Shown piece after piece: positions 21,463 through 30,066 of a stretch of DNA of 64,000 nt. Source of the DNA: an uncultured virus (IMG/VR IMGVR_UViG_3300031276_000162) (Duplodnaviria; Heunggongvirae; Uroviricota; Caudoviricetes); the IMG/VR virus record IMGVR_UViG_3300031276_000162. The stretch is one strand, 5' to 3'. Within the stretch, counting starts at the first letter, position 1. Every line of letters begins with the position of its first letter. A model generated the notes under the pieces. The model made no database searches. It saw only the letters and a list, made by a program, of their open reading frames with translations, and had not been told where the DNA came from. The translations under genes and the position numbers were made by a program.

Positions 21463-22818
21463 ATGGCTGGGCTGGGCGCAACCGGAGTGAGCGAGGTCGA
21501 CGACTTCACTGTAGCGCGCGTGCAGGAGTTGGCGCCCGCCCGCGCTGAGCTGCAAGAGCGCTACGGGCAGTACGAGCCCTACGCCCGCTTCGCCGGCGAC
21601 ATCGGCCCCTCCGTGGCGGCCGGCGACACCGCCGCCATGACCGAGTGGGGCGAGCAGGCGCTGCGGGCCTACGCGAGCGAACAGCTGGGTTTTGATGTGA
21701 ACAACATCAACACCTCGCGCGACATCGTGCGCGCCGCCCAGGGCTACGGTGAGCAGTACCTGAAAGAGAGCTACGGGATCTCGCTCTCGCTGGAGGGTGT
21801 GCGCTTGCAGGATGCCATGCGTGATCTGGCGTACGCGGGCTGCACCTACGCCACCGGCATCAACCCGCAGCTGGCCGAGGTGACCCTCAACGCGCTCTCC
21901 GACGGCAAGCTCACCACGACGGAGTGTGAATCGATCGGCGGCACGGCCGGCGCCATCGCGGGCGCGGCGGTCTGCCAAGCCTTCGGCATCCCCGCGCCCA
22001 TCGGTGCGTGGCTGGGCGGCGCCTTCGGCTCCTCCATCGGCACCATGATCGGTGAGATCACTGGCATGAGCGCCCGCGAGCGCTGGAAGGCCGAGGAGGA
22101 AGCCCGCCACGCCGCGCTGGCCCAGCTCTACGAGTACGGCAACAAGCATTGCAAGACCGCCCGCGCGCGTTACTGGATGACGTTCGACGAGATGCTTGCG
22201 CAGGTGGGCGGCTCCTGGGAGCGGCTGGAGTGCCTGGTGGGCGCGCGGTTTGCGGTGCGCTACTGGGGCCCCTCGCCCCGCCCGACGGGCGCGACCTGCC
22301 GCCATCCGTTCGGTTGCCCCTACCCGCACCGGCACCGCGGCACCGCGGGCCGCTACGAGCGGGTGGCGTCGGCCTACCGGGTGTGGGGTCTGGACTGGCC
22401 CAGCTGCAACGAGCGCGTGATCTGTACGATGCCGCGCTACACGTCGGGGCAGAGCGTGAACAGCTACCGCCAGCAGGTCGAGGCGTGGGTGGGCGGCAAC
22501 GAGTGGCCCTCGCGGGTGGGTATTGCACCGACCTTCGCGCCCTACCAGGCGCGGATGAGAGCGCTCACCGCGACCACCATGCGCATCACCGGGGATCTGA
22601 CCAAGACCGCCTCGGTGGTGCAGACCGAGATGGACATGCACCGGCAGAAAGTGCAGTTGCAGAGCACGGGCAAGACGCAGCAGAGCGCGTACATCGCCGC
22701 GATGCTCGACCGGGCCCGGCTGGTGGGCGAGCGCCGCACGCGCGCGCTCAACTACGGGGCGCTCGCCCTCGGCGGCGCCGGGCTGGGCTACGTGCTGTGG
22801 AAAGGACGGTCCGGATGA
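21463..22818 (+). CDS. Tail-anchored protein with glycine-zipper segment
   Basis: MAGLG start; GGTAGAIAGAA...GAWLGGAFGSSIG; C-terminal TM. Confidence 0.75.
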   Translation: MAGLGATGVSEVDDFTVARVQELAPARAELQERYGQYEPYARFAGDIGPSVAAGDTAAMTEWGEQALRAYASEQLGFDVNNINTSRDIVRAAQGYGEQYLKESYGISLSLEGVRLQDAMRDLAYAGCTYATGINPQLAEVTLNALSDGKLTTTECESIGGTAGAIAGAAVCQAFGIPAPIGAWLGGAFGSSIGTMIGEITGMSARERWKAEEEARHAALAQLYEYGNKHCKTARARYWMTFDEMLAQVGGSWERLECLVGARFAVRYWGPSPRPTGATCRHPFGCPYPHRHRGTAGRYERVASAYRVWGLDWPSCNERVICTMPRYTSGQSVNSYRQQVEAWVGGNEWPSRVGIAPTFAPYQARMRALTATTMRITGDLTKTASVVQTEMDMHRQKVQLQSTGKTQQSAYIAAMLDRARLVGERRTRALNYGALALGGAGLGYVLWKGRSG

Positions 22819-23207
22819 GTGAGGTGCAGCTGACCGAGGCGGGTCTAGCCGCCCGCCGGCTCGTCGAGCAAGGCGGCCAGCCCATCACCCTGCGCCAGGC
22901 GGCGCGACAGGCACGCGCCGTGCAGCAGGAGATCGCCCACCCCAGCCAGAAGTGCGCGGCGCGGCTCCAGGCAGCACGTGAGGTCTGTCCGGTACCGAAC
23001 TTCCTGCTGCAGTACCCGCCCTTCACCAGCGCCCCGCACGCGCCGCCGCCGGCGAGTCGCGCCGCGCAGTCGCAGGTGATCTTCCACTACGTGTCCCGGC
23101 AGCGGCTCGCCCTCGAAGGGGCCCGCCCCGGCTGGCCCCTCTGGCTTGGTGCCACCGCAGCAGCGGCGGCGGTGGGCGTGTGGCTCGTGCGTCGGCGGGG
23201 GCGGTGA
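22815..23207 (+). CDS. Small tail-anchored protein
   Basis: ATGA coupling; TM plus RRRGR. Confidence 0.65.
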   Translation: MSEVQLTEAGLAARRLVEQGGQPITLRQAARQARAVQQEIAHPSQKCAARLQAAREVCPVPNFLLQYPPFTSAPHAPPPASRAAQSQVIFHYVSRQRLALEGARPGWPLWLGATAAAAAVGVWLVRRRGR

Positions 23208-23211
23208 GAAG

Positions 23212-24015
23212 ATGTTCACGGCCATCGTCACGTGTATGGGACGTCGGCGCTTCCTGGAGCGCGCGCTGCCCGCCATCGTGCAGGGCGCCAACCTGACGTG
23301 TCTGGTCGACTACTCCTGTCCGGATGGCTCGGGCGACTGGGCCGAGCGCACGCTCGGCCACACCGGCCGGCTGGTGGTGGTGCGCGTGCCGGGGCAGAAG
23401 AAGTTCAACAAGCCGCGCGCGTACAATGCCGGGGTGCGGGAGCTGCTCCGGCGCGGGGTGGGCGGCTTCTACTGCTTCCTGGACGCCGACACCCTCGTGG
23501 GCCCGTCGTTCTGGCTCTGGCTCGCCACCCACGCCCGCCCCGAGTACTTCTACGTCATCAGGGGCGCGCGCGACAACATTGACAACACGGGCATCCTGGT
23601 GGTGGACGCCCAAGCCTTCGCCGCGTCAGGGGGATACGACGAGAACTTTGAAGGATGGGGTTACCAAGACATCGACATGCGCCTCAGGTTGGCCGTGAAG
23701 CTCGGTATGGGCTTCGAGGAGATCCCCGCCCATCTGGTGAGCGCCATCTCGCACTCGAACGAGGTGCGCGGGCGGCACTACCAAGAATCGCGCAGCAGTA
23801 GTTGGCCGCGCAATAGACGGCTGTTCAGCTACAATGTTCGCGCCTGGGCGGGGACAACTGTGGAGCAAATGGACCCCGCCGCGGTGGCGCGCCTGACCCT
23901 AGCCTGCCGACGCGGAGTTGGCCGTGGTCTTGCAGCGTACACATTTTGGCGGAACGCGGGAGCATCTCGGTCAGCTGCGCTGCGGTTGACGCTCGCTGCT
24001 CGGGGGTGCTGGTGA
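23212..24015 (+). CDS. GT-A glycosyltransferase (GT2/GT7-like), copy 1
   Basis: TCMGR, VDYSCP, FLDAD, GGYDENFEGWGYQD. Confidence 0.9.
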   Translation: MFTAIVTCMGRRRFLERALPAIVQGANLTCLVDYSCPDGSGDWAERTLGHTGRLVVVRVPGQKKFNKPRAYNAGVRELLRRGVGGFYCFLDADTLVGPSFWLWLATHARPEYFYVIRGARDNIDNTGILVVDAQAFAASGGYDENFEGWGYQDIDMRLRLAVKLGMGFEEIPAHLVSAISHSNEVRGRHYQESRSSSWPRNRRLFSYNVRAWAGTTVEQMDPAAVARLTLACRRGVGRGLAAYTFWRNAGASRSAALRLTLAARGCW

Positions 24016-24824
24016 TGATCACTGCAGTCGTTACCTGTATGGGCCGGCGGGCGTTTCTGGAGCGCACGCTGCCGTGGATGCTGCAGGGTGCGGACCGTGT
24101 GGTAGTGGTTGACTACTCGTGTCCGGAGCGGTCGGGCGAGTGGGCGTGGCAAAGATATGGTGATAGCGGCAAGTTGGTTGTGAAGCACGTGCCGAACCGT
24201 GCTCGCTTCAACCTGTCGAAGGCGCGCAACGCTGGTGTGGAGGCGAGCCTCGCCGCCGGGGCCAACGGATGGCTGTGCTTCCTGGACGCGGATACAGTCG
24301 CCCCCCCCGCCTTCTGGCTGTGGTTGAGACAGAATGTGACGCCCAACCTGTTCTATGTCGTGGAGGGCCACTGGGCCACGCGCGGTTTGGGCGGCATACT
24401 GGTGGTGGAGCAGGCCGCTTTCCTTGCGTCGGGTGGCTACGACCCAGAGTTTCGTGGATGGGGGCACGAAGACGTAGATATGCGCCTGCGCCTGGCGCTG
24501 AAGATGGGCATGGGCTTCCGGACGATGCCCCCGACCCTCGTGTCTTCCCTACCACATAGCGATGCCTTGCGGACGGAAACGCAAACCGATTCAAAGGCAG
24601 CATCTGGAGAACGCAATGCCCGGCGCATGGCAGCAAACGTGCGGCGGTGGATGAGGCGGCACTCTCACGAAGTCGACGCAGCGGTGGTGGCCCGGTTGGT
24701 AACGGGCTGTGGCTGCGGTAAAGGCGCAGGATTTGGCGCCTCCGTACTCTTCTGGAAACGAGTGACCGGATCTCGCTCGTCGAGCGTTCGACGAGCGTGG
24801 GCTGCCCGGCGGTGCTGGTGGTGA
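24015..24824 (+). CDS. GT-A glycosyltransferase, copy 2
   Basis: FLDAD, GGYDPEFRGWGHED. Confidence 0.9.
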   Translation: MITAVVTCMGRRAFLERTLPWMLQGADRVVVVDYSCPERSGEWAWQRYGDSGKLVVKHVPNRARFNLSKARNAGVEASLAAGANGWLCFLDADTVAPPAFWLWLRQNVTPNLFYVVEGHWATRGLGGILVVEQAAFLASGGYDPEFRGWGHEDVDMRLRLALKMGMGFRTMPPTLVSSLPHSDALRTETQTDSKAASGERNARRMAANVRRWMRRHSHEVDAAVVARLVTGCGCGKGAGFGASVLFWKRVTGSRSSSVRRAWAARRCWW

Positions 24825-25705
24825 TCACTGCGGTCGTTACCTGTATGGGCCGGCGGGCGTTTCTGGAGCGCACGCTGCCGTGGATGCTGCAGGGCGCGGA
24901 CCGTGTGGTAGTGGTCGACTACTCATGTCCGCAGCAAACCGGCGACTGGGCAGCCCGAGCCTATGGACACACGGGAAAGCTGGTGGTGCGACGTGTTCCG
25001 GGTCGTCAGCGGTTCAATAAGTGCGAAGCATACAACGCAGGGGCACAGGCTCTCGCCGGCGGCGATGAGCGCGGCTGGCTGTGCTTCCTGGATGCCGATA
25101 CCGGTACGAGCCCGGGCTTCTGGCTCTGGCTCCGGCAGCGGTTGACACCGGGCCTCTTCTACATCGTAAAGGGTGGGCCAAGCACCCGGGAGGTAACGGG
25201 TGTGCTCGCGGTTGAGCATCGGGCATTCTTACTATCAGGCGGGTACGACCCACAGTTCCGCGGCTGGGGAGTGGAGGACATCGACATGCGTCTCCGTCTG
25301 GCCATGCAGATGGGGATGGGCTTCGATGAGATACCCGGAGCCCTTTTGGAACCACTTCCCCACGGCAATGATCTTCGCGTTGTAAACTATGGGACTGCGG
25401 ACAACTCCATTGCCAAGTCGGCGGCGCGCAACAGTAAGCTGATGGGGAAGAACGTGCGCCGGTGGGTCAGGGAAAGGGGCGCCATGCCGGACCCAGCAAT
25501 CTGGGCTCGACTGGTGATGGGCTGCCGGTCTGGCGCCGCGACCGGATTTAGCCAGGTCTACCACTTCTGGCGCGGCACCGGACTCAACCAGTATCAGGCC
25601 GCGCGGCTAGCCATGGAGGGGCGTAGGTGCTGGTATGAGGACGCGGCACCGGCGGATGGGTTAGCGGCGATATTGCACCAAGTGCTCTCGGTGGGGCGGA
25701 ACTGA
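24821..25705 (+). CDS. GT-A glycosyltransferase, copy 3
   Basis: FLDAD, GGYDPQFRGWGVED; 5' end near-identical to copy 2. Confidence 0.9.
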   Translation: MITAVVTCMGRRAFLERTLPWMLQGADRVVVVDYSCPQQTGDWAARAYGHTGKLVVRRVPGRQRFNKCEAYNAGAQALAGGDERGWLCFLDADTGTSPGFWLWLRQRLTPGLFYIVKGGPSTREVTGVLAVEHRAFLLSGGYDPQFRGWGVEDIDMRLRLAMQMGMGFDEIPGALLEPLPHGNDLRVVNYGTADNSIAKSAARNSKLMGKNVRRWVRERGAMPDPAIWARLVMGCRSGAATGFSQVYHFWRGTGLNQYQAARLAMEGRRCWYEDAAPADGLAAILHQVLSVGRN

Positions 25706-26247
25706 TGCGGCCGTGGCTTTCCGCTGAGTGCATTGGGTTCCTGGATCGGCTGCTGGGGGGGCACGAGCATGTGTTCGAATATGGTTCTGGTGGCTCCACG
25801 CTGTTCTTTGCAGGCCGCGCGCGGTCCGTAGTCTCGGTAGAGCATAGCCGCGGGTGGCATGCGCGGGTACGACGCGAATTGCGTGAGCAGGGCCGTCACA
25901 ACGTGCTCCTGCGCTGCATACCGCCGGATGGAAGGTTCGTCCGCGCCCCACCCGCGATTTACAAGTCGGGGTCACTGACCTGCTGGCGCTGCACGTTTCA
26001 CCGGTATGCGGCTGAGATCGACAGGCACCGACGCCCATTCGATTTCGTACTGGTGGATGGCCGCGCCCGGGCCGGTTGCATGGCTCATGCGCGCGCCGTC
26101 GTGGCACCGGGTGGCTGGCTGGTGCTCGACGACTCGCAGCGCCGCCGCTATGCGGCCGCCAAACGCGCGATGCGTCAGGGTTGGGAGATGGTGGTGCTCC
26201 CAGGCAAGACGCTAGGCAGCACCACGCACCTGTGGCGTCGGCACTAG
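25705..26247 (+). CDS. Class I SAM-dependent methyltransferase
   Basis: FEYGSGGST, SVEH, LVDGRAR, VLDDS. Confidence 0.85.
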   Translation: MRPWLSAECIGFLDRLLGGHEHVFEYGSGGSTLFFAGRARSVVSVEHSRGWHARVRRELREQGRHNVLLRCIPPDGRFVRAPPAIYKSGSLTCWRCTFHRYAAEIDRHRRPFDFVLVDGRARAGCMAHARAVVAPGGWLVLDDSQRRRYAAAKRAMRQGWEMVVLPGKTLGSTTHLWRRH

Positions 26248-26310
26248 AGGCCCTGAAAGTTCTCAAAACGCGGGGTGGCTGGTAATACAAGATGTAGAAA
26301 GGGAATCGCC

Positions 26311-26751
26311 ATGTTCAAGCTTCTCAAACTGCTGCTGCTCTGCGCCTGTCTCGGATTGCCGGTAGGGGGCTGCGCCGCCATCATGCCCCTGCTGCCCAAG
26401 ATCGTGAGCGTGGTGACCGACGCGATGCTGGTGATGGACATCATCGACACCGCGGCCCGGACCTACTTCGACACCCACCCGCAGGTCACGCCCGAGGTGC
26501 GGCAGAAGTATGCCAACGTCTACACCAAGGCGCTGGCTGCCCTCAAGGCCGCGCAAGCGGCGTGCCGGGGCGCGGAGGAGCTGGACCAGGCGCAGTACGA
26601 CCAGGCGTTCGCGGAGTTCCGCAAAGCCTATGCCGAGTTGATGGAGCTGCTCGGCAAACAGGGCATGCTCCAGGGCCAGTACCTCGCCGCCGCTCCGGGC
26701 GAGCAGGTGTACATCCCCGAGCCGGTGGCCCTGAGTTACCGGGTGCAGTAG
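26311..26751 (+). CDS. Helical lipoprotein
   Basis: Signal peptide ending VGGC. Confidence 0.65.
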   Translation: MFKLLKLLLLCACLGLPVGGCAAIMPLLPKIVSVVTDAMLVMDIIDTAARTYFDTHPQVTPEVRQKYANVYTKALAALKAAQAACRGAEELDQAQYDQAFAEFRKAYAELMELLGKQGMLQGQYLAAAPGEQVYIPEPVALSYRVQ

Positions 26752-26753
26752 CC

Positions 26754-27413
26754 ATGCGCATGGGGCAGTGGCTGGTTGCAGGTCTCGGTGCCGTGGTGGT
26801 GAGCGCCACCGTGGCGTACGCCATGACCGAGCCGCTGCTGCGCCCAGGCGACCGGGTGGTGCTGATCGGGGACTCGCTCGCGGTGGGCCTCGGGGAGATG
26901 GCGGCCTACCAGGGCCAGAGTGCGCTGCGGGTCGAGTTGGGCCGCCGCCAGGTCAACCTGGAGCCGCTCGGCGAGGGAGCGACGACGAGCCTGCAGTGGA
27001 GCGGGACCGGGCACCTCAACACCGAGCGGCTGCAGCCGGCGCTCAGCTCCCAACCGCGCGCGGTGCTGGTGGTGCTGGGCACGAACGACTGCCACTACGA
27101 CTACGGCCACTGCCCGCCCTTCCAGCAACGGGTTTTCGCCATCGCCCAGAGCATCCAGGCGGCGGGCGCCGCGCCGGTGCTGGTGGCGATGCCCGAGATG
27201 CCGTGGGAGAGGGAGCACGACGGCCGGGCGCGCATGCAGTTCGCCCGGCAGGTCATGAAGAGCGCTGCCCGCCATACGGGTGGCGTCTACATCGAGCCGC
27301 CGCCCATGGCCGTGAAGCGGTGGCCTGACCGGCTGCACCCGGACCCGGAGGGCAACCGGGTGTGGGCGGGTTTCATCATGAGCGTCCTGGGCCGGGCGAG
27401 GAGATGGAAGTGA
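26754..27413 (+). CDS. SGNH/GDSL hydrolase
   Basis: IGDSL, LGTND, DRLHP; N-terminal anchor. Confidence 0.9.
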   Translation: MRMGQWLVAGLGAVVVSATVAYAMTEPLLRPGDRVVLIGDSLAVGLGEMAAYQGQSALRVELGRRQVNLEPLGEGATTSLQWSGTGHLNTERLQPALSSQPRAVLVVLGTNDCHYDYGHCPPFQQRVFAIAQSIQAAGAAPVLVAMPEMPWEREHDGRARMQFARQVMKSAARHTGGVYIEPPPMAVKRWPDRLHPDPEGNRVWAGFIMSVLGRARRWK

Positions 27414-28204
27414 TGACGCAATATGGACTGGGGTGGATCCCCGACGAGCCTGACGCGCGCGATGCGCTCTTCGCGACGCGCAACTTGTTTCCGACGCTGG
27501 ACGCGCCGGCGAGCTGTGATGGTCGCGAGTGGGTGGCCGACATTCTCGACCAGAACCCCCTGCCCTCGTGCGTGGCCCAGGCCGTCAACGGCGCCATCCG
27601 CGCGGTGCAGTGGCACCAGGACGGCGGCGACCCGCCGGAGCTGACCTCGCGCTTCTGGACCTGGTACTACGCGCGGCTGCAGCACGGCGAGCACCGCAGC
27701 ATCACCGGCACCTACATCCGGCTGGCGGTCAAGGCTCTCAATCGCTTGGGCCGCCCCCCCGAGCACGTCTGGCCGCACGTGCTGAGCGATCTTGATGCCA
27801 CGCGTCCGACGTGCCTGCGCAAGCCGCCGCCGGTGGTGAGCGCCCACGCGCACGACAAGCGGTTAGTAGGCTACCACCGGATCCTGGAGACCGGGGCCGA
27901 GCGGGTAGCGATGATCAAGCGCAGCGTGAGCCAGCACCACTTCGTGGTCTTCGGCACGCTGGTCAGCCAGGAGTTTGCCCGCCCCGGCGCCAAGGCGCGG
28001 TGCTACCCGCGACCGGGCCCGAGCGCCACCATCGCCGGCGGCCATGCCATGTACATCGTGGGCTATGACGCCGACGGTGCGTGGATAGCCAACAGCTGGG
28101 GTACGGGGTGGGGCGACGGTGGCTTCGCGCACCTGAGTTGGGACTACCTCATGTGGTACGAGACGCGCGATCTCCAGGCCATCACCCTACGGGAGGCCGC
28201 GTGA
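27413..28204 (+). CDS. Papain-like (C1) cysteine peptidase
   Basis: GW.PD.PD.RD, DQ...SCVAQA, GGHAM.IVGYD, NSWG..WG. Confidence 0.92.
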   Translation: MTQYGLGWIPDEPDARDALFATRNLFPTLDAPASCDGREWVADILDQNPLPSCVAQAVNGAIRAVQWHQDGGDPPELTSRFWTWYYARLQHGEHRSITGTYIRLAVKALNRLGRPPEHVWPHVLSDLDATRPTCLRKPPPVVSAHAHDKRLVGYHRILETGAERVAMIKRSVSQHHFVVFGTLVSQEFARPGAKARCYPRPGPSATIAGGHAMYIVGYDADGAWIANSWGTGWGDGGFAHLSWDYLMWYETRDLQAITLREAA

Positions 28205-28206
28205 GC

Positions 28207-28608
28207 ATGCCTAACTGGATCAAGTTGTGTCTGGCCAGCGCCGCCCTCGTACTGGGCTGCGCCGGCACCTGCGAGCCTGGGCTGCCGCCGCCCACCGACC
28301 CGACGGCCATCGACGCGGGCCCCGAGCCCCAGCCCCCCGCGGACGCCGCAGCGGGGCGCCTGCCGCCCGAGGAAGGCGCGAGCGGCTGCGAGCGAGCGTG
28401 CAACCGCCTGCGCCGGCTGAAGTGCCCGGGCGGCGAGGGCAGTCCGTCGGGCGCTTCCTGCGAACAGGTCTGCGAAAACCAGGACCGCAGCGGCATCGGC
28501 AGCTTCTGCACGGCCTACGTGATGGAGATCCAGGGGACGCTGCTGCCCAGCGGCGAGCGCGAGTGCGACGAGGACGAACTGCAGCGCGCGTTCGAGGCGT
28601 GCGAATAG
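28207..28608 (+). CDS. Cys-rich lipoprotein
   Basis: LVLGC lipobox, Pro linker, CERAC..L..L.C...CEQVC. Confidence 0.65.
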   Translation: MPNWIKLCLASAALVLGCAGTCEPGLPPPTDPTAIDAGPEPQPPADAAAGRLPPEEGASGCERACNRLRRLKCPGGEGSPSGASCEQVCENQDRSGIGSFCTAYVMEIQGTLLPSGERECDEDELQRAFEACE

Positions 28609-28619
28609 GCAGGTGACCG

Positions 28620-29162
28620 ATGCTGGCAACGGGCGAGACCTGGAACGACGGCAAGACGCGCATCCACCGCTTCAGCGAATCGATCGTCTGCACCGACGTG
28701 CGCTTCGCGGGCAAGCGCGGCCAGAAGTGTGAAGAGCTGAGCGCGTGGGGGCTCGACAGCCAACCGGTGGACGTGGACCTGCTGGTCGGGGGCCTGGTCA
28801 CGCTGGCGATGCTGGAGCTGGGCTTCGGCGCGCTGCGGGATGCAATGCTCGTGCACGGGGTGAGCGAGTCGCACATCGAGCAGAGTCAGCTGCGGGGCGT
28901 GGACGTCGAGCCGGGAAAGTTCGAGTGGCGGGGCGACCACGTCGAGGTGACCATCGGCCTCAACGAGGTGGTGATCGCGGATCTCGATGACCAGTACAAC
29001 GAGCCGGCCGCGATGACGCGCAAGCGCACCGACGCCAAGCGCGCCGGCGCGTGGCTCCGGGCGCATCTGTCGGTAGCGAGCAAGATGTGGTTTGGGGAAC
29101 TGCTCCGGGCGATTCGCGAGGAGACCGGCGTCTCGATGCATCAATGGTGCCGAATGGACTAG
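28620..29162 (+). CDS. Hypothetical protein
   Basis: AGGTG RBS; coding-like codon use. Confidence 0.7.
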   Translation: MLATGETWNDGKTRIHRFSESIVCTDVRFAGKRGQKCEELSAWGLDSQPVDVDLLVGGLVTLAMLELGFGALRDAMLVHGVSESHIEQSQLRGVDVEPGKFEWRGDHVEVTIGLNEVVIADLDDQYNEPAAMTRKRTDAKRAGAWLRAHLSVASKMWFGELLRAIREETGVSMHQWCRMD

Positions 29163-29171
29163 GAGATAGAC

Positions 29172-29837
29172 ATGACACGTCACAAGCGTAAGCTCACCCC
29201 GGTCCGCCGCGAGCTGCACTTCGCGGGGTATGACTTCACGAGCAGTCCAGAGGGGACCATCGTGCACCGGGAACGGGTAGACACGACGGCGCCCGGGGAC
29301 CACGGAGCTGATCCACTCGGCGACGGCACCTTCCGGATGGTGCCCTCGGGAGACGTGGTGGACTGGGACGAGCGCCAGCGACGGCTCGCCAGGTTCCACA
29401 AGAACTCGGACCGACGCGAGGGTGAACAACACCTCATCAAGGAGCTGGACCTGGGCGCGCGCGGTCAATTCCGGGTGACGCTGACCGCCGCCAGTGCCGA
29501 CGCCGGCCCGTACTACCTGGGCAACCGGTTCGAGTACTGGAAGCGCTTCGGCAGCAGCGAGCACGGACCGGCCGGAGTGGCGGGTAGCAACGCGCAGCGC
29601 GAGGCGTATGCCAAGGCGTACGCCGCCTTGAGCGGTCTCATGCTCATCGAGCCGGATGAGGTGCGCGGGTGGGCTGACGTGCGCTATCTGGTGGATCTGT
29701 CAGCCAAAGCGGTGCAGTGGGCCGTCGCCCGCGCGAAACGGCAGGGCACGGTGAACGTTCGGGAGGGCGACATCGAGCTGTCGGCGAACGTGAAGTTTTT
29801 GGAGCTGGCCGGCAAGGCTGGCTACACCGTGGACTGA
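29172..29837 (+). CDS. Modular protein with basic leader and FHKN junction
   Basis: AGGAG RBS; MTRHKRK; RLARFHKN. Confidence 0.7.
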   Translation: MTRHKRKLTPVRRELHFAGYDFTSSPEGTIVHRERVDTTAPGDHGADPLGDGTFRMVPSGDVVDWDERQRRLARFHKNSDRREGEQHLIKELDLGARGQFRVTLTAASADAGPYYLGNRFEYWKRFGSSEHGPAGVAGSNAQREAYAKAYAALSGLMLIEPDEVRGWADVRYLVDLSAKAVQWAVARAKRQGTVNVREGDIELSANVKFLELAGKAGYTVD

Positions 29838-29944
29838 GGGACTGCCCCGCCGGTAAAAGTGGGCGGTTTCTGGCGTATTTTGCCCGAGCACGGGGGCGCG
29901 GGCCCCGGCGCTCGGCCACCGGGCCGCAGGGAAAGAGCATTTCG

Positions 29945-29989
29945 TAGAGGGGCGATTTGTTGACGGGTTGCCCACCGCGCCGATAGCCT
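29945..29989 (+). promoter_or_regulatory. Putative late promoter, copy 2
   Basis: TAGAGGGGCGATTTG then TTGACG-18-TAGCCT upstream of the core-like gene. Confidence 0.55.
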
Positions 29990-30066
29990 GACCCTCGTAC
30001 ACGCAGCGACCCGATCGCCAGTCGGACATTCGGAAACGCGGCGCGCTCACTAGAGGTGCGTTTCGA

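Noticed and set aside
11630..23207. MYXO-CTERM or other sortase-type signals for the TM plus basic tails
   Set aside because: No GC.C, PEP or LPxTG signature before the TM; no N-terminal Sec signals.
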